Below are positions 27,805 through 40,464 of a stretch of DNA of 64,000 nucleotides, in pieces; position 1 is the stretch's first letter, and every line of letters starts with the position of its first letter. Both the position numbers and the translations under genes were made by a program. Below the pieces are notes generated by a model. The model saw nothing but the letters and a program-made list of their open reading frames with translations. It ran no database searches and had not been told where the DNA came from. Origin of the DNA: Eledone cirrhosa (lineage: Eukaryota); contig OZ024743.1 in assembly GCA_964016885.1 (NCBI GenBank), positions 266,972,001-267,036,000 of the forward strand, written 5' to 3'.

Positions 27805-28005
27805 ACCGGGCCAACAATATTGGATGTGCTCTGTCGGAAGTCGGTTAAATCAACCCAGGTACGTTATTAGTACTATATGTTATCGATGCTGTGAGGATGA
27901 AGGTCAAAATTAACCTTGGTGGGATTTGAGCCTAGAACCTTAAGTTACGTAACGATATACCTCCCAACATGTTGTCCATCGCTGTGCTAATACTGCTAAA
28001 CAACC
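27805..28005 (-). mobile_element. Degenerate tRNA-type SINE
   Basis: ggatgaaggtcaaaattaaccttggtgggatttgagc core motif on reverse strand. Confidence 0.55.
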
Positions 28006-30154
28006 GGTCTCTCGACATCAATAATACAGGTAGATATGCTATTACACCCAGTAAACCACAATTTCAACGGGTTTACAAAGTATAATGATTAGAAATGGTT
28101 TTACGGACGATAACGGAGAGACGAATATGATTAAAAGATGCATGTAGGGTTATGTAATCTTGAGAACCTTCATTGAGTAACGTATTGGGATATAATACCA
28201 AAATAAATAAATAAAAAAAATCAATTTAAAATGTTGAGAGGTTTAAATATTAAGAATAATGAAGATTGGTAAGATAATTTCTAAATATATATTTCATGTC
28301 ACGATTCCATAAAATATGGTAGATCATGATGTTAGGGAGGTTTTCTTATGTATTGCAAATACATGCGCAATCATTCGGAATATTTTTCTTTCGAAATACA
28401 CTCGCGCAGTAATATTCATAAGAGAGAAAGAAGACAAGTACGTATTACAAGGAAGACAAACTAAAAATGTGTTGATAAAAAAATGTAGACTTAAGCTTAA
28501 ATAACAGAATCATTGTTACATAATATAATATACGAAATGTATAGATATAGATATAAGACCGAGTCACTGATATTTGCAAGCTAGAAATAGGAACTGGGAA
28601 GAAACAACTTTAAATTCCGAGTCGTAATTGATTTGAAAACATATGTTTTACATAATACAACTACATCCTGGAAGAGCTTTTTTATCCATTGAAACTTACA
28701 GTTAAATACACGGTAACACAAATATTTATATTCACTTTTTTATTTATTTCATCGTGTATATATTTTCGTCTCACTTTCATCTACCTTCTCTCTGTTAAAT
28801 TTACACTGTAATTTGTCACTGACCTTCCTCAATTTCAAAGCTTTTTGTTTTTGGCACTTGCTCGAGTATTCACAATGGTATCATTTAATTTTCTAATGGT
28901 ATAATGAGGAGATATATGTCTATGGGGAACCCAATCGATAACACGTCACTGATTCGTATTGATATCCTGTCAATATTTCACTACAAAATGTCTACCAGCC
29001 ACTATTCGATGTTGTCATCTTTCTGTATCTGCTTTTTATATATCGTAGCTCTAGTTTATGAGCTGGGATGTTCCATAATATTTAGCTTTGTTCTTTTCAC
29101 GGAGCCTCGTAGTCATCCATATATGCGAGGCCCCCATTTTCACGGCACTGATTTTGTATAAAAGAAATTCAAATGCCGATAGAGCTTAGCACGAGTGGGG
29201 TGGAAAGAAAATCGGAAGGCCAATCTCTGCTCCAAAATAGCAATTTATTTCACATTTGAAGTCGAAGTGTTTGAACACAGATCACTTACAACTAGAAAAA
29301 AAAATACCAAGAGTTATTGAATCTAAATTTCTAACCACTTTTCCTATTCATCATCCTCAATCATGATATATTAGATAAATCTACATGACGAGCGGTCACA
29401 GAGGTGAAAGATGAAGATGTTTATTCTTATAAGAGTACCACTCCATTCGTACATGATGGTGAAGATGAAAGGTAGTTTGAGCAAAGTAGGCAGACGTTTT
29501 TAAGAGGATTAGAAAGCAAATAAAGAAAGAAAACAAATTTATCAGCTCTATCAACAATCTTCAGAAAGTAGTTTAATTAGTGCAATTTCTCAACATAAAC
29601 TGTAGGCAGAACCAGCAGTATTGGTTTGCTTAATAAAGTATGTGAATAGAAGGAGGTAAATTCACGTAATATGCTGATGCACGGTGAAGTTGGGGACTTT
29701 CTTTCTAACGAGAAATGAAGTAATTATGTCCAGGTGGCTATGTTTTTATAGATTAAACCTCAGAAAAATCTTACGCGGATCTCAGCAATGCCCTGGAAAT
29801 ATACACTTTATAATGGGCAAGGAGAAATGTGGAATTTTCTGACATTACCAAATTGTGGGCTTACACACATGTGTGAATGGGTGACTCTAAATAACTTTCA
29901 TGCTTATATTATATATGAACTTTATATATTTTTTATATATTTCATGGTTTATTGGGGCTTATCTCTCTATTGTATAGGGACTTTGCCACTACCCACGTAT
30001 ATACGTATGTAACTTTGTCTAGACCTACATTTATTGTAAACCTTATGTTTATAAGGTTTATTATGTTTACTCTATTCTATTTGCAAAGCCCTGTGTCTAG
30101 TAATCATCATCATCATCATCATCATCTTTATCGTTCACTTTATTATTGTTTTTT

Positions 30155-30189
30155 AGTCTCAGTCATTGATGTTAGTTAACTGGAAAGTT
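30155..30189 (-). mobile_element. R4 family A 3'-terminal stub (35 bp)
   Basis: agtctcagtcattgatgttagttaactggaaagtt matches family A2 3' ends (35865, 45021). Confidence 0.8.
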
Positions 30190-30190
30190 A

Positions 30191-30991
30191 TAATCTCTTT
30201 GGAAGGACTTTCGGGCCCGGGCCTATGGACAGCTTCCAGAAATCCCTGGCCTGGCAGTGCTACCGAGGAGCTTTGCCAATTCGGGATAAATTCTACAGGC
30301 ATGGAGGTGCCGTCAGCCCGGCATGTCCGAGATGCGCGCAGGGCGACGAAACAGTCCTGCACGCACTCGTCCAGTGTCCGAGCATTGCTGACTTGTGGGT
30401 TTATGTCGAACACCTGCTGTCGCGTGTAAGACGGATCCACCTATCAGCTGAGTCCATCGTGAGGATTGCCCCGCCCTGTTCCTTTAGCCGGGAAGGGTAG
30501 GCAGTTTTTATCTGTCAGGTGGCCATGGCGAAAGAGATAGTATGATGGACACGTTTGAAAGGGCTTAGGACGAGCATTTACCACTTCGGTGATGCCCTGA
30601 TTAACTTTTCCAAATTCCATTTGAAAAGGAAAATTAGGGTAGAGGGGGAAGTGCTCTCTTCCCAGCATTTTGTTGAAAGATGGGTGAAAGAGGCAAGAAT
30701 GTACCGAGTGAATGGGCCTACTCTGAGTATGTGTCTGTAAATTAAAGGTGCAAAACTGGGAGAGGGCATTTGCCCTGGTGGTCAGGGTCACTGTGGCTTT
30801 TTAATGGGCTTTCTCCACGAATGTCCTTCGGAGGTCTCCCCCCTATTGGCGAATGTTTTCTTTGTTCTATTATTATATACTCTGTTTCTTGTTTTTTTTA
30901 CACGCAGAAATGCCCTTTTGTACGGTCCTGTATTGCCTGTACTGTCCTTAATGTCTACTTTATGTAAACCCTTGTGTTTAATAAAGAAAGC
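30191..30991 (+). mobile_element. Tx1 family, 5'-truncated (ORF2 C-terminus with CPRC...H...C finger + 3' UTR, AATAAA, ATT tail)
   Basis: High similarity to 60645-61445. Confidence 0.93.
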
Positions 30992-31037
30992 ATTATTATT
31001 ATTATAATAATAATAATAATAATAATTATTATTATTA

Positions 31038-34000
31038 CAGTTGCATTTATCTTGCTTTATGTTCATACGAGTTATCACCAATTCACAAACAGTGACCTCA
31101 AGAGACCGCCATGTTGAAGAAAGAACATACATATACACACATGCATCTTTAGGTGTTTAGATTTGTGATGTACTTATATTGACAGAATCTTCTTTAGTAT
31201 ATGGGCAGTTCTCATTAGTACTATCTTTTATATTTCTCCTATACGCGGGTTTCCAGGGATTTGCGATAAGTAATCATTAGACCCCTAGAGCGACTACAAC
31301 TGCTGGTATTGTTTTAGTTCTCAATTTCCACGTTTTTCCAATTTCTATCTCCAGGTCCTTACACTTGCTCAATTTTTCAAATGTTTTTATAGATACATTC
31401 TTGTCTATTGGAACCGACATATCAATTAGCAGGGATACCCTCATTTTAAAATCCTTCAGTATTATATCATGTCTATTTGCATCTATTTGTCGGTCTGTTT
31501 GGATGCTAAAGTTCCACAAGATTGAGATGTGATCTTTTTCAAGTATGGGTGGTGGTTGAAGCTCCCACAATTCTTTTGATGGGGCAGGTCAAAATGCTTA
31601 CACATTATCCAATGTATGCATTGTGCAACTCTGTCATGCCTGTTTCGGTATTCTGTTGGAGCTATAGGAATGCACGTTGAAATTATATTATCAATGGTCT
31701 CTGGTTGTTTTTTACATACGCGGCATAATGGGTTGCATCCATTTTCTATTATGTTGGCTTGGTAATTCTTTGTTAGCAGACACTGATCTCGTGCTGATAT
31801 AATTAGCCCTTCAGTCTCCGATTTCAGTCCAGAGGATGCCAACCACTGATGTGTTAAAGTTTTGTCAACATCAGGATTGTTAGCTCTTTCTGGGTATTTT
31901 CCATAAATAGACTTTTCTTGCCATTTCTTAGCCAGTTTCTGTAGCAGTTCTTTCTTTGCAGTTACTTTTACCTGCATTGCTTTTTCTGTGTTTTTCATTT
32001 CAGCAGTAAATGGAACTTCTGAAATTTGTTGTCCATTACTGTATCTTTGTACATCTTTTGTAATGGAGTATGATCTTTTGATGCTTTCGTGTTTCAAAAC
32101 GAGTTTGATCATCCAATCATGTAATTCCCTTAGATATGTAGATAATCCAATTGTTGCAGTTTTCAACGCAATATCTAACTGGATTAACCCACGTCCTCCT
32201 TCTTTCCTAGGGAGATATATTCTATCTGTATCTGCCTTAGGGTGATGCGTTCTGTTCATGGTTAAGAATTTTCTAATTTTTGTAGATCTTGAACAGTTGA
32301 TGATATTGTAACTGTAGGTTACTACTGGTATGGCAAGCGTGTTTATGGCAACGATCTTATTCCTTGCATTCAATTCCGTTCTTAAGATTGCTCTTACTCT
32401 GCGGTAACATTCCTTCCTTATCCTTTCCCTCCTTGTCGAGTGCTTGATTCTGTCTCCTTCACAAACACCTAGATATTGGTAAGTTTTCTCTTTGTCAAGT
32501 TCTCTTATCACATTCCTCCGATCAAGATTAATGTCTGAACTTTTCAGCAGATTTCCTTTGGCGCATTTATCTAGTCCAAACTCCATTTTAATATTATCAC
32601 TGAACATTTTTTGCATGTAGAACAATTGATTACTGGTTTTGTCATAGACTTTATATCCATGTGTTGTTTCATTGAGCATTTTACTTAATGGTATAAGTGC
32701 GATGCAGAATAAAAGCTGTGATAAAGATTCACCCTGAAAAATTCCACAATTAATATTAACTTCTCCAGCTTCCAGTGATTCTTTTTCAATATTCAAAAGG
32801 AGTCTCGTTTTCCATGTCTTCATACTGAATGACATGAACTTCCTAACAACAGGAGATATTTTTAAAATCTTTAAATATTTTTCAATCCAACTGTTTGGCA
32901 AACTATCGAATGCTTTTTTGTAATCTATCCAAGCAATTGATATATTTTCATGTCTATTATGACAAACTTCCAGTATCCTTTTCTTAACCAAAAGCTGATC
33001 CTTACAGCCATATATGAGCCTCGTTTACACCCTTTCTGCTCATTGGGAAATAGATCATCTGTTATCAGGTGGTCATATGTATATTCAGTTAGGACTGATG
33101 TTTACATGTTATACGTTGTGGTCAAGCAAGTTATCGGTCTGTAATTTTTGGGATTGTTTGTCTCAGCATTCTTCGGTAGCAGGAATGTAATGCCGTTAAC
33201 TAGGCATGGTGGTATCTTTTCTGGCTCCTTAACCATTTCATTGTAAACGAAATGACATGAGACTCTGTGAAGACATTTATCCAAAAATTTGGTATTTTGT
33301 CTTTTCCTGGGGATTTCCATTTGCTGGTTTTTCTAAGAGCCAAATGCAACTTGTCAACTGTTATATTTTCCCATGCTTGTTCCTCAAGGTGGGTTGTATC
33401 TTTCATTTGTCTGTCTATCCATATTCATGGGGCATGTATATTATGATTTTTTTCTTCGGCCCAGATCTTTTCCCAGAATTCTTGCACTTCCTCCTTGGGT
33501 GGTATTGATTTAGCAGTTATTGTTGACTTGCCAATTTTTCTGTAGAAGTTTCTTTGGTTGTTTTTGAACATATTATTGTCCTTATAGAATCTAGATCGTT
33601 TTTCAAAGCGCCTTATACGAGCAGCTTTGGCCGACACATTTTGTTTGATTATTTCTATCAGCATGTCTATGTCACTTGTTGATTTAATACTGTATTTCCT
33701 TTTCAATTTTCTAAGTTTAGTTTGTTTAACATGTTCACTTACTTTGTAGTTTGTTAACATTTCTATAGTTAGATCGCAGAAGGTTTATTTAGCGATTGAT
33801 GTTCTCTTGCTAAGTATGTTTCTTGTGGGAATTCCTTTGTTTTTTTCATTTTAACTCCACATAAGTGAGTGGTGACTTTAGTCGATGCATAATAGAGATG
33901 GTTTAGATCAGTAATGTTTAGTTTGTTTGTGATGATAATGTTTTTGAGAATTATGTTAGTCTTGTGTATTATCTTTTGGTTCTGTGTGGAGTTCTGATTC

Positions 34001-34880
34001 TTAGGGAGAGAGTCTCGTTCCCCCATGTCAGATTCTTTCATTTTTATCCATTCGATCATAATTTCATTATTCAAGTTGGCAAGTTCATTCTCATTCATTT
34101 CTTTATCATTTACGATCTCATTGTTTTCATTTTGAGTTTCATCTTGAGCATGCACTCCCTCCACTTATTTTATCCTTTCATTAATTTGTTTGGCTGTCAG
34201 TGATTCCGCCTCAACCCTGGGATTCGAAGCGTTACAGTTTACCTCGTTTTCACTGACACATGTTTCATTTTCCCTTCGCAGACTTTATGCTAATTGCTTG
34301 ATTTGATCAATTTCTATGTCAGTTAGTAACTTTTTTTAACATATTTCTTCCTATATTTGCTAGTTCGTTACTGACAGTATAGCCTCTGTTTTCGGGATGT
34401 TTCTTTTTCCAGTTGATATATGTCTGTTCTGTATTCGACCTATATGATGGGTAGTACATGGCAGTGTAGAAAACCTCAAGTACTTCTTTATTCTATTCCC
34501 TTGACCATTTTTCTCTCTTTTTCTTTGGATTTCTTGGTGGTGAGCATGGAGGGCCAACAGTAGGAGTATTTCGGTTATGGGAGGTCTTCAGCTCCGAATT
34601 GATGGCAAGGTTTGAACCATTAGCTGATTTTTCGACCCCAGCCTGGATCCTCTATGAGGGACGCGGCCCTTTTTGACCCGGGTGACGGCCGATCCGGTAT
34701 GAGATTTTATCATTTGACATTGATTTTATTTTGTTGCGTTCTATCTTTAACCCCCAAGGCATAATGATTTCGTGTTACCGCTCATAGGATGAGTGTCAAC
34801 GAAAAATAGAGGGGTCGTCCTCCCACAGAGACACGGCTATTCCCCGCCGGCCGGCACCCCGGTATTTGTTGGTCACGGGC
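31038..34880 (-). mobile_element. R4/Dong family B, full-length but degenerate (catalytic YMDD lost by deletion)
   Basis: 5' UTR matches 55212-55371; ATG at 34720; pieces 33769..34164, 33425..33760, 31483..32991, 31277..31570. Confidence 0.92.
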
Positions 34881-34959
34881 TTTTCTTTTTTTTCTTTTTT
34901 AAATTGTTATTATCATGAGTGGTTCCTTAATGCGAGCACTGCGTCTTTAAGAATGATAT

Positions 34960-35825
34960 TATTATTAATAATATGATATACTTTTTGTTGAAGTTGCCTG
35001 TTGTTGTTGGCTATGTCGGTGCTGGTGGTGCTGGGGATTTTTCTATTGTTGGTGGGGAAGGGGGGAACCAGCAGTGCCATAGTCGTTGATGTTTGACATG
35101 GACACTAAGTCTGTCTATTTATATCTTTAGCTAGCCTCACCCTTGTCTAGTGATACCACCACCTTCCCCTTTCTTAAGTTAACAGAAGGTAGTGGGGTAG
35201 CAGTGATGGAGTGGTGGCTAGTTAGTGGGATAGTGGTACCAATAATAGAGAGGTGGCGGTGGTGACTGTAGTTATGGTGTTGTCGTTACTGAGTTCTGTT
35301 GAATAGACTTTAGTTAGTGTGTGTTTGTTTGATCTGTATATATATGCGGTGTGTCGCCTATGTTTAATATATATGTTGACATATTTCCTTAATATTTGAA
35401 TTAAAGATTTTAAGAAAACTTGAGATACTATAAGAGTAATTATTATTATTATTCTGGGAATCATTATTATTGTTAAAAGAAATCACTATTATTATTCTGG
35501 GATTGGTGGTAGTGGTGGTGAAATTGCCGTTATCTGGCTGTTGTATTTAGTGTACATAGGGTGGTGGTGGGATAGGTGGTGTATCTAGGTTGTGGCTGTG
35601 GTGAAATTGCTGTTATTTGGCTGTTCTACATAGTGTAGACAGAGGGGTTTTTCTTCCATTTATAACCATTTCCTTTTTTGAATATAAAATTTATAATACA
35701 AAATTGAATATTGAGCGATATGCCAGGATATTCTGGATACGCATTTTCGGAGATCTAAGCCTGGTGCCTTATGTCCCATTTGTACTAAGAATTGTTATAT
35801 CACAATTGTTTTAAATATGTTAAAA
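34960..35825 (-). mobile_element. Orphan family-A-like 5' region (no RT body)
   Basis: 35110-35825 shares blocks with the family A leader 44190-44920 (ttccatttata.ccatt, atttgtactaaga.ttgttat, gaaattgccgttatctggctgttg). Confidence 0.6.
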
Positions 35826-35859
35826 ATTATTATTAAAAATTATTATTATTATTATTATT

Positions 35860-36016
35860 CTTTCAGTCTCAGTCATTGATGTTAGTTAACTGGAAAGTTT
35901 GTTGAAATGAATATCAAGCCGCTACCTGCAGCCTCAGATATTCAGGACGTATCGGAGGGTTCTTGTTGTTACCAGCAAGAATGTCTTTTGAAGTGTTCCA
36001 AAAAGCGGGGCTGGAC
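35860..36016 (-). mobile_element. R4 family A2 3' stub (~155 bp)
   Basis: Matches 36049-36200; TTA repeats on both sides. Confidence 0.88.
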
Positions 36017-36048
36017 TTATTATTATTATTATTATTATTATTATTGTT

Positions 36049-39000
36049 CTTCGAGTCTCAGTCAATGATGTTATTTAACTGGAAGGTTTGTTGAAATGAA
36101 TATCAAGCCACTACCTGCAGCCTCAGATATTCAGGACGTATCGGAGAGTTCTTGGTGTTCCCAGCAAGCATGCCTTTTGAAGTGTTCCAAAAAGCGGGGC
36201 GGGACCAATTTTCTTTAACCATCCTTGGAAACTCTTTGAGATAGTACCTCGTGCGCCTATGACAATCGGGACCATTTTGACCTCATTGCAGTTCCAAATC
36301 ATTTATTACCTCCCACTTTAAGTCCTGGTATCGGTTAATTTTCTCCCTCTCCTTCTCTTTCACTCTCGTGTCGAATGGGCAGGCCACATCCACAATCAGG
36401 CACGATATTTTTCCCTTGTCCAAAACCACCAGGTCAGGTATATTGTGTTCCAGTTTCTTGTCCGTCTGTATCCTAAAATCCCACAGCACCTTCACCTTAT
36501 CGTTTTCCATCACCGACTCTGGCTTATGCTCATACCACTTCTCAGAATGTGGTAAATTGTTTACTTTGCATAGGTGCTAGTGGATCACCCTGCCCATCAC
36601 ATCATGACTCCAGCCTTTATAGTGAGTCTGGGCTAGGTGTTTATACTCGGATACAATTTTAGCCACAGTCTCCTCTCTCTCTCCACATATCCTACACAGT
36701 GGGCTAGCCTCCTCCTTGTAAATATGGTGTTTCAACCACTTCGTTTTGAGAGCCTCCTCTTGCGCAGCCATTAGCATTCCTTCTGTAGCTTTTTTAAGGT
36801 CTCCTCTTTTCAACTAGTTCCATGTCTGTGGATCTATAAATTCAGTTTTCTCAAAGAAGGGATTTTTCATGAAGGTTGCTCTTTCGTCTTGTTGTTATTT
36901 CCTCCTTGGACATCCCCTGGTCTATTGTCCTCTCCTTCAGTACAATTCTGGGTATTGGCTCCCTACTACAAGTCACGTATTTGTGTAGGTTGTTTTTCTC
37001 CATCTGAACACAGTCCTCTATGCTGATAAGACCTCTTCCACCATCAGATCTCCTTCAGTAGAGTCTATCGACATCACTCCTCTTGTGGAACATGTTGTAG
37101 ATAGTCAATAGCTTCCTAGTCTTCCTATCCATTTCTTTTTGTTCAGCAATATTCCATCTCAGAATTCCCGCACTGTACCTAATAATAGACACAGCTCGGG
37201 AATTTACCGCACTTATGGCATTCCTACTGTTCAGATGTGATTTTGATACGCTCCTTACTCTCCGAATGTATTCAGATCTTATCAATTCCTTCATTTATTT
37301 GTTCTTTGTGTCATCAGCCTCCAGAACACCTAAATATTTGTATCCCCCTTCAGTATCAATTTCATTTATCATCTCACCTATAGGTATCTGGATTCCGTTA
37401 CCACTGCTCAATTTACCCCTCTTCATCACAAGGACTCCACACTTACTAATACCAAATTGCTTACATATATCATTGCTGAAAATACGGACAGTGTCAACAA
37501 GTACATCCAACTCCTTCTCACTCTTCCCGAAGAGCTTTAGATCGTCCATGAAGAGGAGGTGATTGATGGTAACCTCTCCCTTTCCCAACTTGTATCCTGC
37601 TCTCACTTTTCGCAGTATAATGGTCTGGGGTATCAGGGCAAGGACAAACAACAGAGGGCACAAACTATCTCCCTGTAAGATCCTCACGCCTCCCAAGGAT
37701 TCTCCGCCTGATGTTAACTCTGTTTTCCAGGACTTCATACTTTTTCTCAACAACTGTCTGATGATATCTACCACACTGAAGATCTCTAGGCTTTTGGTTA
37801 TCCAAGAATTAGATACCATGTCGAATGCCTTTTTGTAGTCTATCCATCCCATGGCAAGACCAGTGTGTCTCCTCCTGCAAATCCTCATTACCACCTTATA
37901 AATAAGTAACTGATCATTTGTACCACGGGACTTCTTTCGGCATCTTTTCTGTTCGTCCGGTAACAAGTTGTTTATGTGGAGGTGATGTTAGATTTTCTCA
38001 GACACAATGCTTGTTAACAGTTTCCACATTACGGACAGACATGTGATAGGTCTATAGTTGGTAACATCATTACCCTTGGTTCGGTCTTTTATTACCAGAA
38101 CTGTGGTACCTTTTGTCAACCACTCTGGTACCTCACCTGAAATTAAGCAGTCATTGAACATGGTTGTCAGTTTCGGGGAGTGATTTTATATGTTTAATCC
38201 AATATTCCTGCACACCATCTGGGCCTGGTGATTTCCAGTTGGTTAGTTTTCTGGCCTGCCCCTTAAGAGTTTCAACTGTGATACTCAAATCAGTTTGTTG
38301 GTGTGCCTGTTCACTAATCTCCTTTTGTACTGTCTCAATCCACACTGCCTGATCAGTATGTTCAACATCCTGCTCCCATATTCCTCTCCAGAATGTCTTA
38401 GTTTGTTCCGCCTCAGGTATCAAGTCGTTGCCTCTTTCTTTCCCTTCAAGCTGTCCAATCAACATCTTCTGGCTGTTGTCAAACATGCGGTTCTGTCTAT
38501 ACTGACTGACTCTGCTCTCGTATCGCCTAATCTTTGCGCTCTTTGCTACAATGCGTTGCGTCAGTTCCTCTATGATAATATTTAGCTTTTTCCTCCTAGT
38601 TTTGTACTTTATTTCCAGTCTATGTTTAGTGTCTATGTTTTGTAGAGACCCATTCAGTAGGGACTCAAGCTTTCCAATGTCATTTCTCATTTCCCTGATT
38701 TGACCATTCAGTCGTTTCTTCCACCAAGTTCGGATCTTTCTTGTTTGTTGTTTCCTCACGCTTTTATACCCAGTAATTTCCTCACCGCATTTGCTGTTGC
38801 TTTGAGGATATTGTTCCACTGGTGAAGGTTCGTCGCATCAAGGTATTGGATGACTTTGTTTACCTTAGCTGTTGTTTCTTTTAACTTGTTCCTGTCTACA
38901 AATCCTAGGTTCATAGGTTTCCCAATATCATTGTTCATTTCATCTACCACTAAGTTTAGGATATCAACCAAATCTTGTCCTAGCCCGTCAGTATTCATTT

Positions 39001-40322
39001 CCTCAGTGGCCGTATCTTTGTTCCATGTATTATTTATTTCAGCATTCAGATCATTGTCTGCTTCGGATGCTTCCTCCGTTCTCTCAACCTCTTCTCCACC
39101 TTCATTTCCTACTGGATCGTTTGCCTGGCATACTCCACTCTCCATTTCCAACCTAATCTCTCTGCTCAGTTCCTCCAGTTCCAGCTCGCTTATCCACCCA
39201 TTCGTTCTTATTACCCGAGCCTGCCCAGCCAATTTTGTTCATCTAATTTAAATAGACCAATCTCGTTCCAGATGCTATGCATCCGTTTCCTATAACCTTT
39301 TTCCTTGGGGTTACTCTTCAGGTAACATTGCATAACAGTTCTATTCAATTCTTTTGTCCAGTTGGTTCTGATCGTTTTCCTTCTTCTTCTTCCCCCAACA
39401 ACAGCAGTATATGGATGACAGCTCGGTCAGGGAACACCTGCTGGGTGAGAGTCTGTCACATGACATTCCAGTCTCCACTTCACCGTTATTCGAACTGTTT
39501 AGGTTCGACATTTAAACACTCATATAGAGGATTGGTGAATGTATAGTTACATAACTACCGGTGATTTGATCACCCCCAGTGATTTGATCACCCCCGGTGA
39601 TTTTAGCGTGGCACTATCACGCTGTAGATGAACATAAATAAATAAACAAACAAATAGGTAAACACCTAAAAAAATAAGCATAAGTTTCATTGTATGTAAT
39701 GTTTGAATGTGTGACTTAGTATTTTTTTTCTTTTCTTTTTTTCTTTTCTTTAAGTTTTTCGTTGCTGCTGTGCTGTTTTGATTTTGATTTTTGATTTTTT
39801 GAATTTTTGACCGGGTCATCAAATCAGTCTATTTCTATCTGTTGATGCCTCCCTCACTTAGTGAGAATACTACGATACCTCTGTCTTAACAGGAGGTAGT
39901 GGGAGAGAATAGCGGCGGTAGCGATAATGAGGCAGTGGTGGTGGTGATGTGATCGTAGTACTGTAGTGATGGTGTTGTAGTTGAAGTAGAAATAGAAGTT
40001 GGAGCAACTTGGCTAGATTTGTTGGTGTGGTAGTGGTGATGGTGGTGGTGGTGGTGTTGGTAGTGAAATTATTTGTCTGTCTGTCCACGTAGCCATTTTC
40101 CTATTTTTGACTATAACATTTCTGATCCAAAATTAAATATTAAATATTGGGGCCCTATGCCGTAATATGATGCGTTGTCGCTTGCTGAGAGGGAAAAACT
40201 GTAATCTTATGTTTCATTTGTAATAAGAATTATTCTATCACAGTTGTTTTAAATATGTAAAAATCGAAAAACTTACGAGAGCGATTTCATAACGGTATAT
40301 CCACCATGTGCGTTTTCTTCAC
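36049..40322 (-). mobile_element. R4/Dong family A2, full-length, degenerate
   Basis: Pieces 38756..39232, 38151..38819, 37295..37966 (FMDD), 37055..37294, 36577..36813, 36283..36513; 5' terminus similar to 51320-51365. Confidence 0.92.
39547..39690 (-). CDS. Putative hydrophobic uORF peptide of family A2 (47 aa)
   Basis: MKLMLIFLGVYLFVCLFIYVHLQRDSAT...VVM*, frame conserved with 43841-43993 and 50040-50174. Confidence 0.5.
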   Translation of the reverse strand: MKLMLIFLGVYLFVCLFIYVHLQRDSATLKSPGVIKSLGVIKSPVVM

Positions 40323-40335
40323 TATTATTATTATT

Positions 40336-40425
40336 AACTTTGCCTTTCATGCTTACGTGGTCGATAAAATAAAGTACCAGTAATACACTGGGTAATTGCT
40401 GGTCTTGTGCCTAACGTAGAAACAA
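40336..40425 (+). mobile_element. SINE 3' half with ATT tail inside the (TTA)n array
   Basis: actttgcctttcat...gtcgataaaataaagtaccag...aacaattattatt. Confidence 0.75.
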
Positions 40426-40464
40426 TTATTATTATTATTATAATTATTATTATTATTATTATTA

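Noticed and set aside
27739-27806. Short tandem duplications (also 14490-14575, 62645-62692) as a CRISPR-like array
   Set aside because: Simple 2-3 unit tandem repeats without spacers, in eukaryotic DNA
29401-29471. Possible small exon (VKDEDVYSYKSTTPFVHDGEDE, then gtag)
   Set aside because: Weak splice signals and no homology recognised
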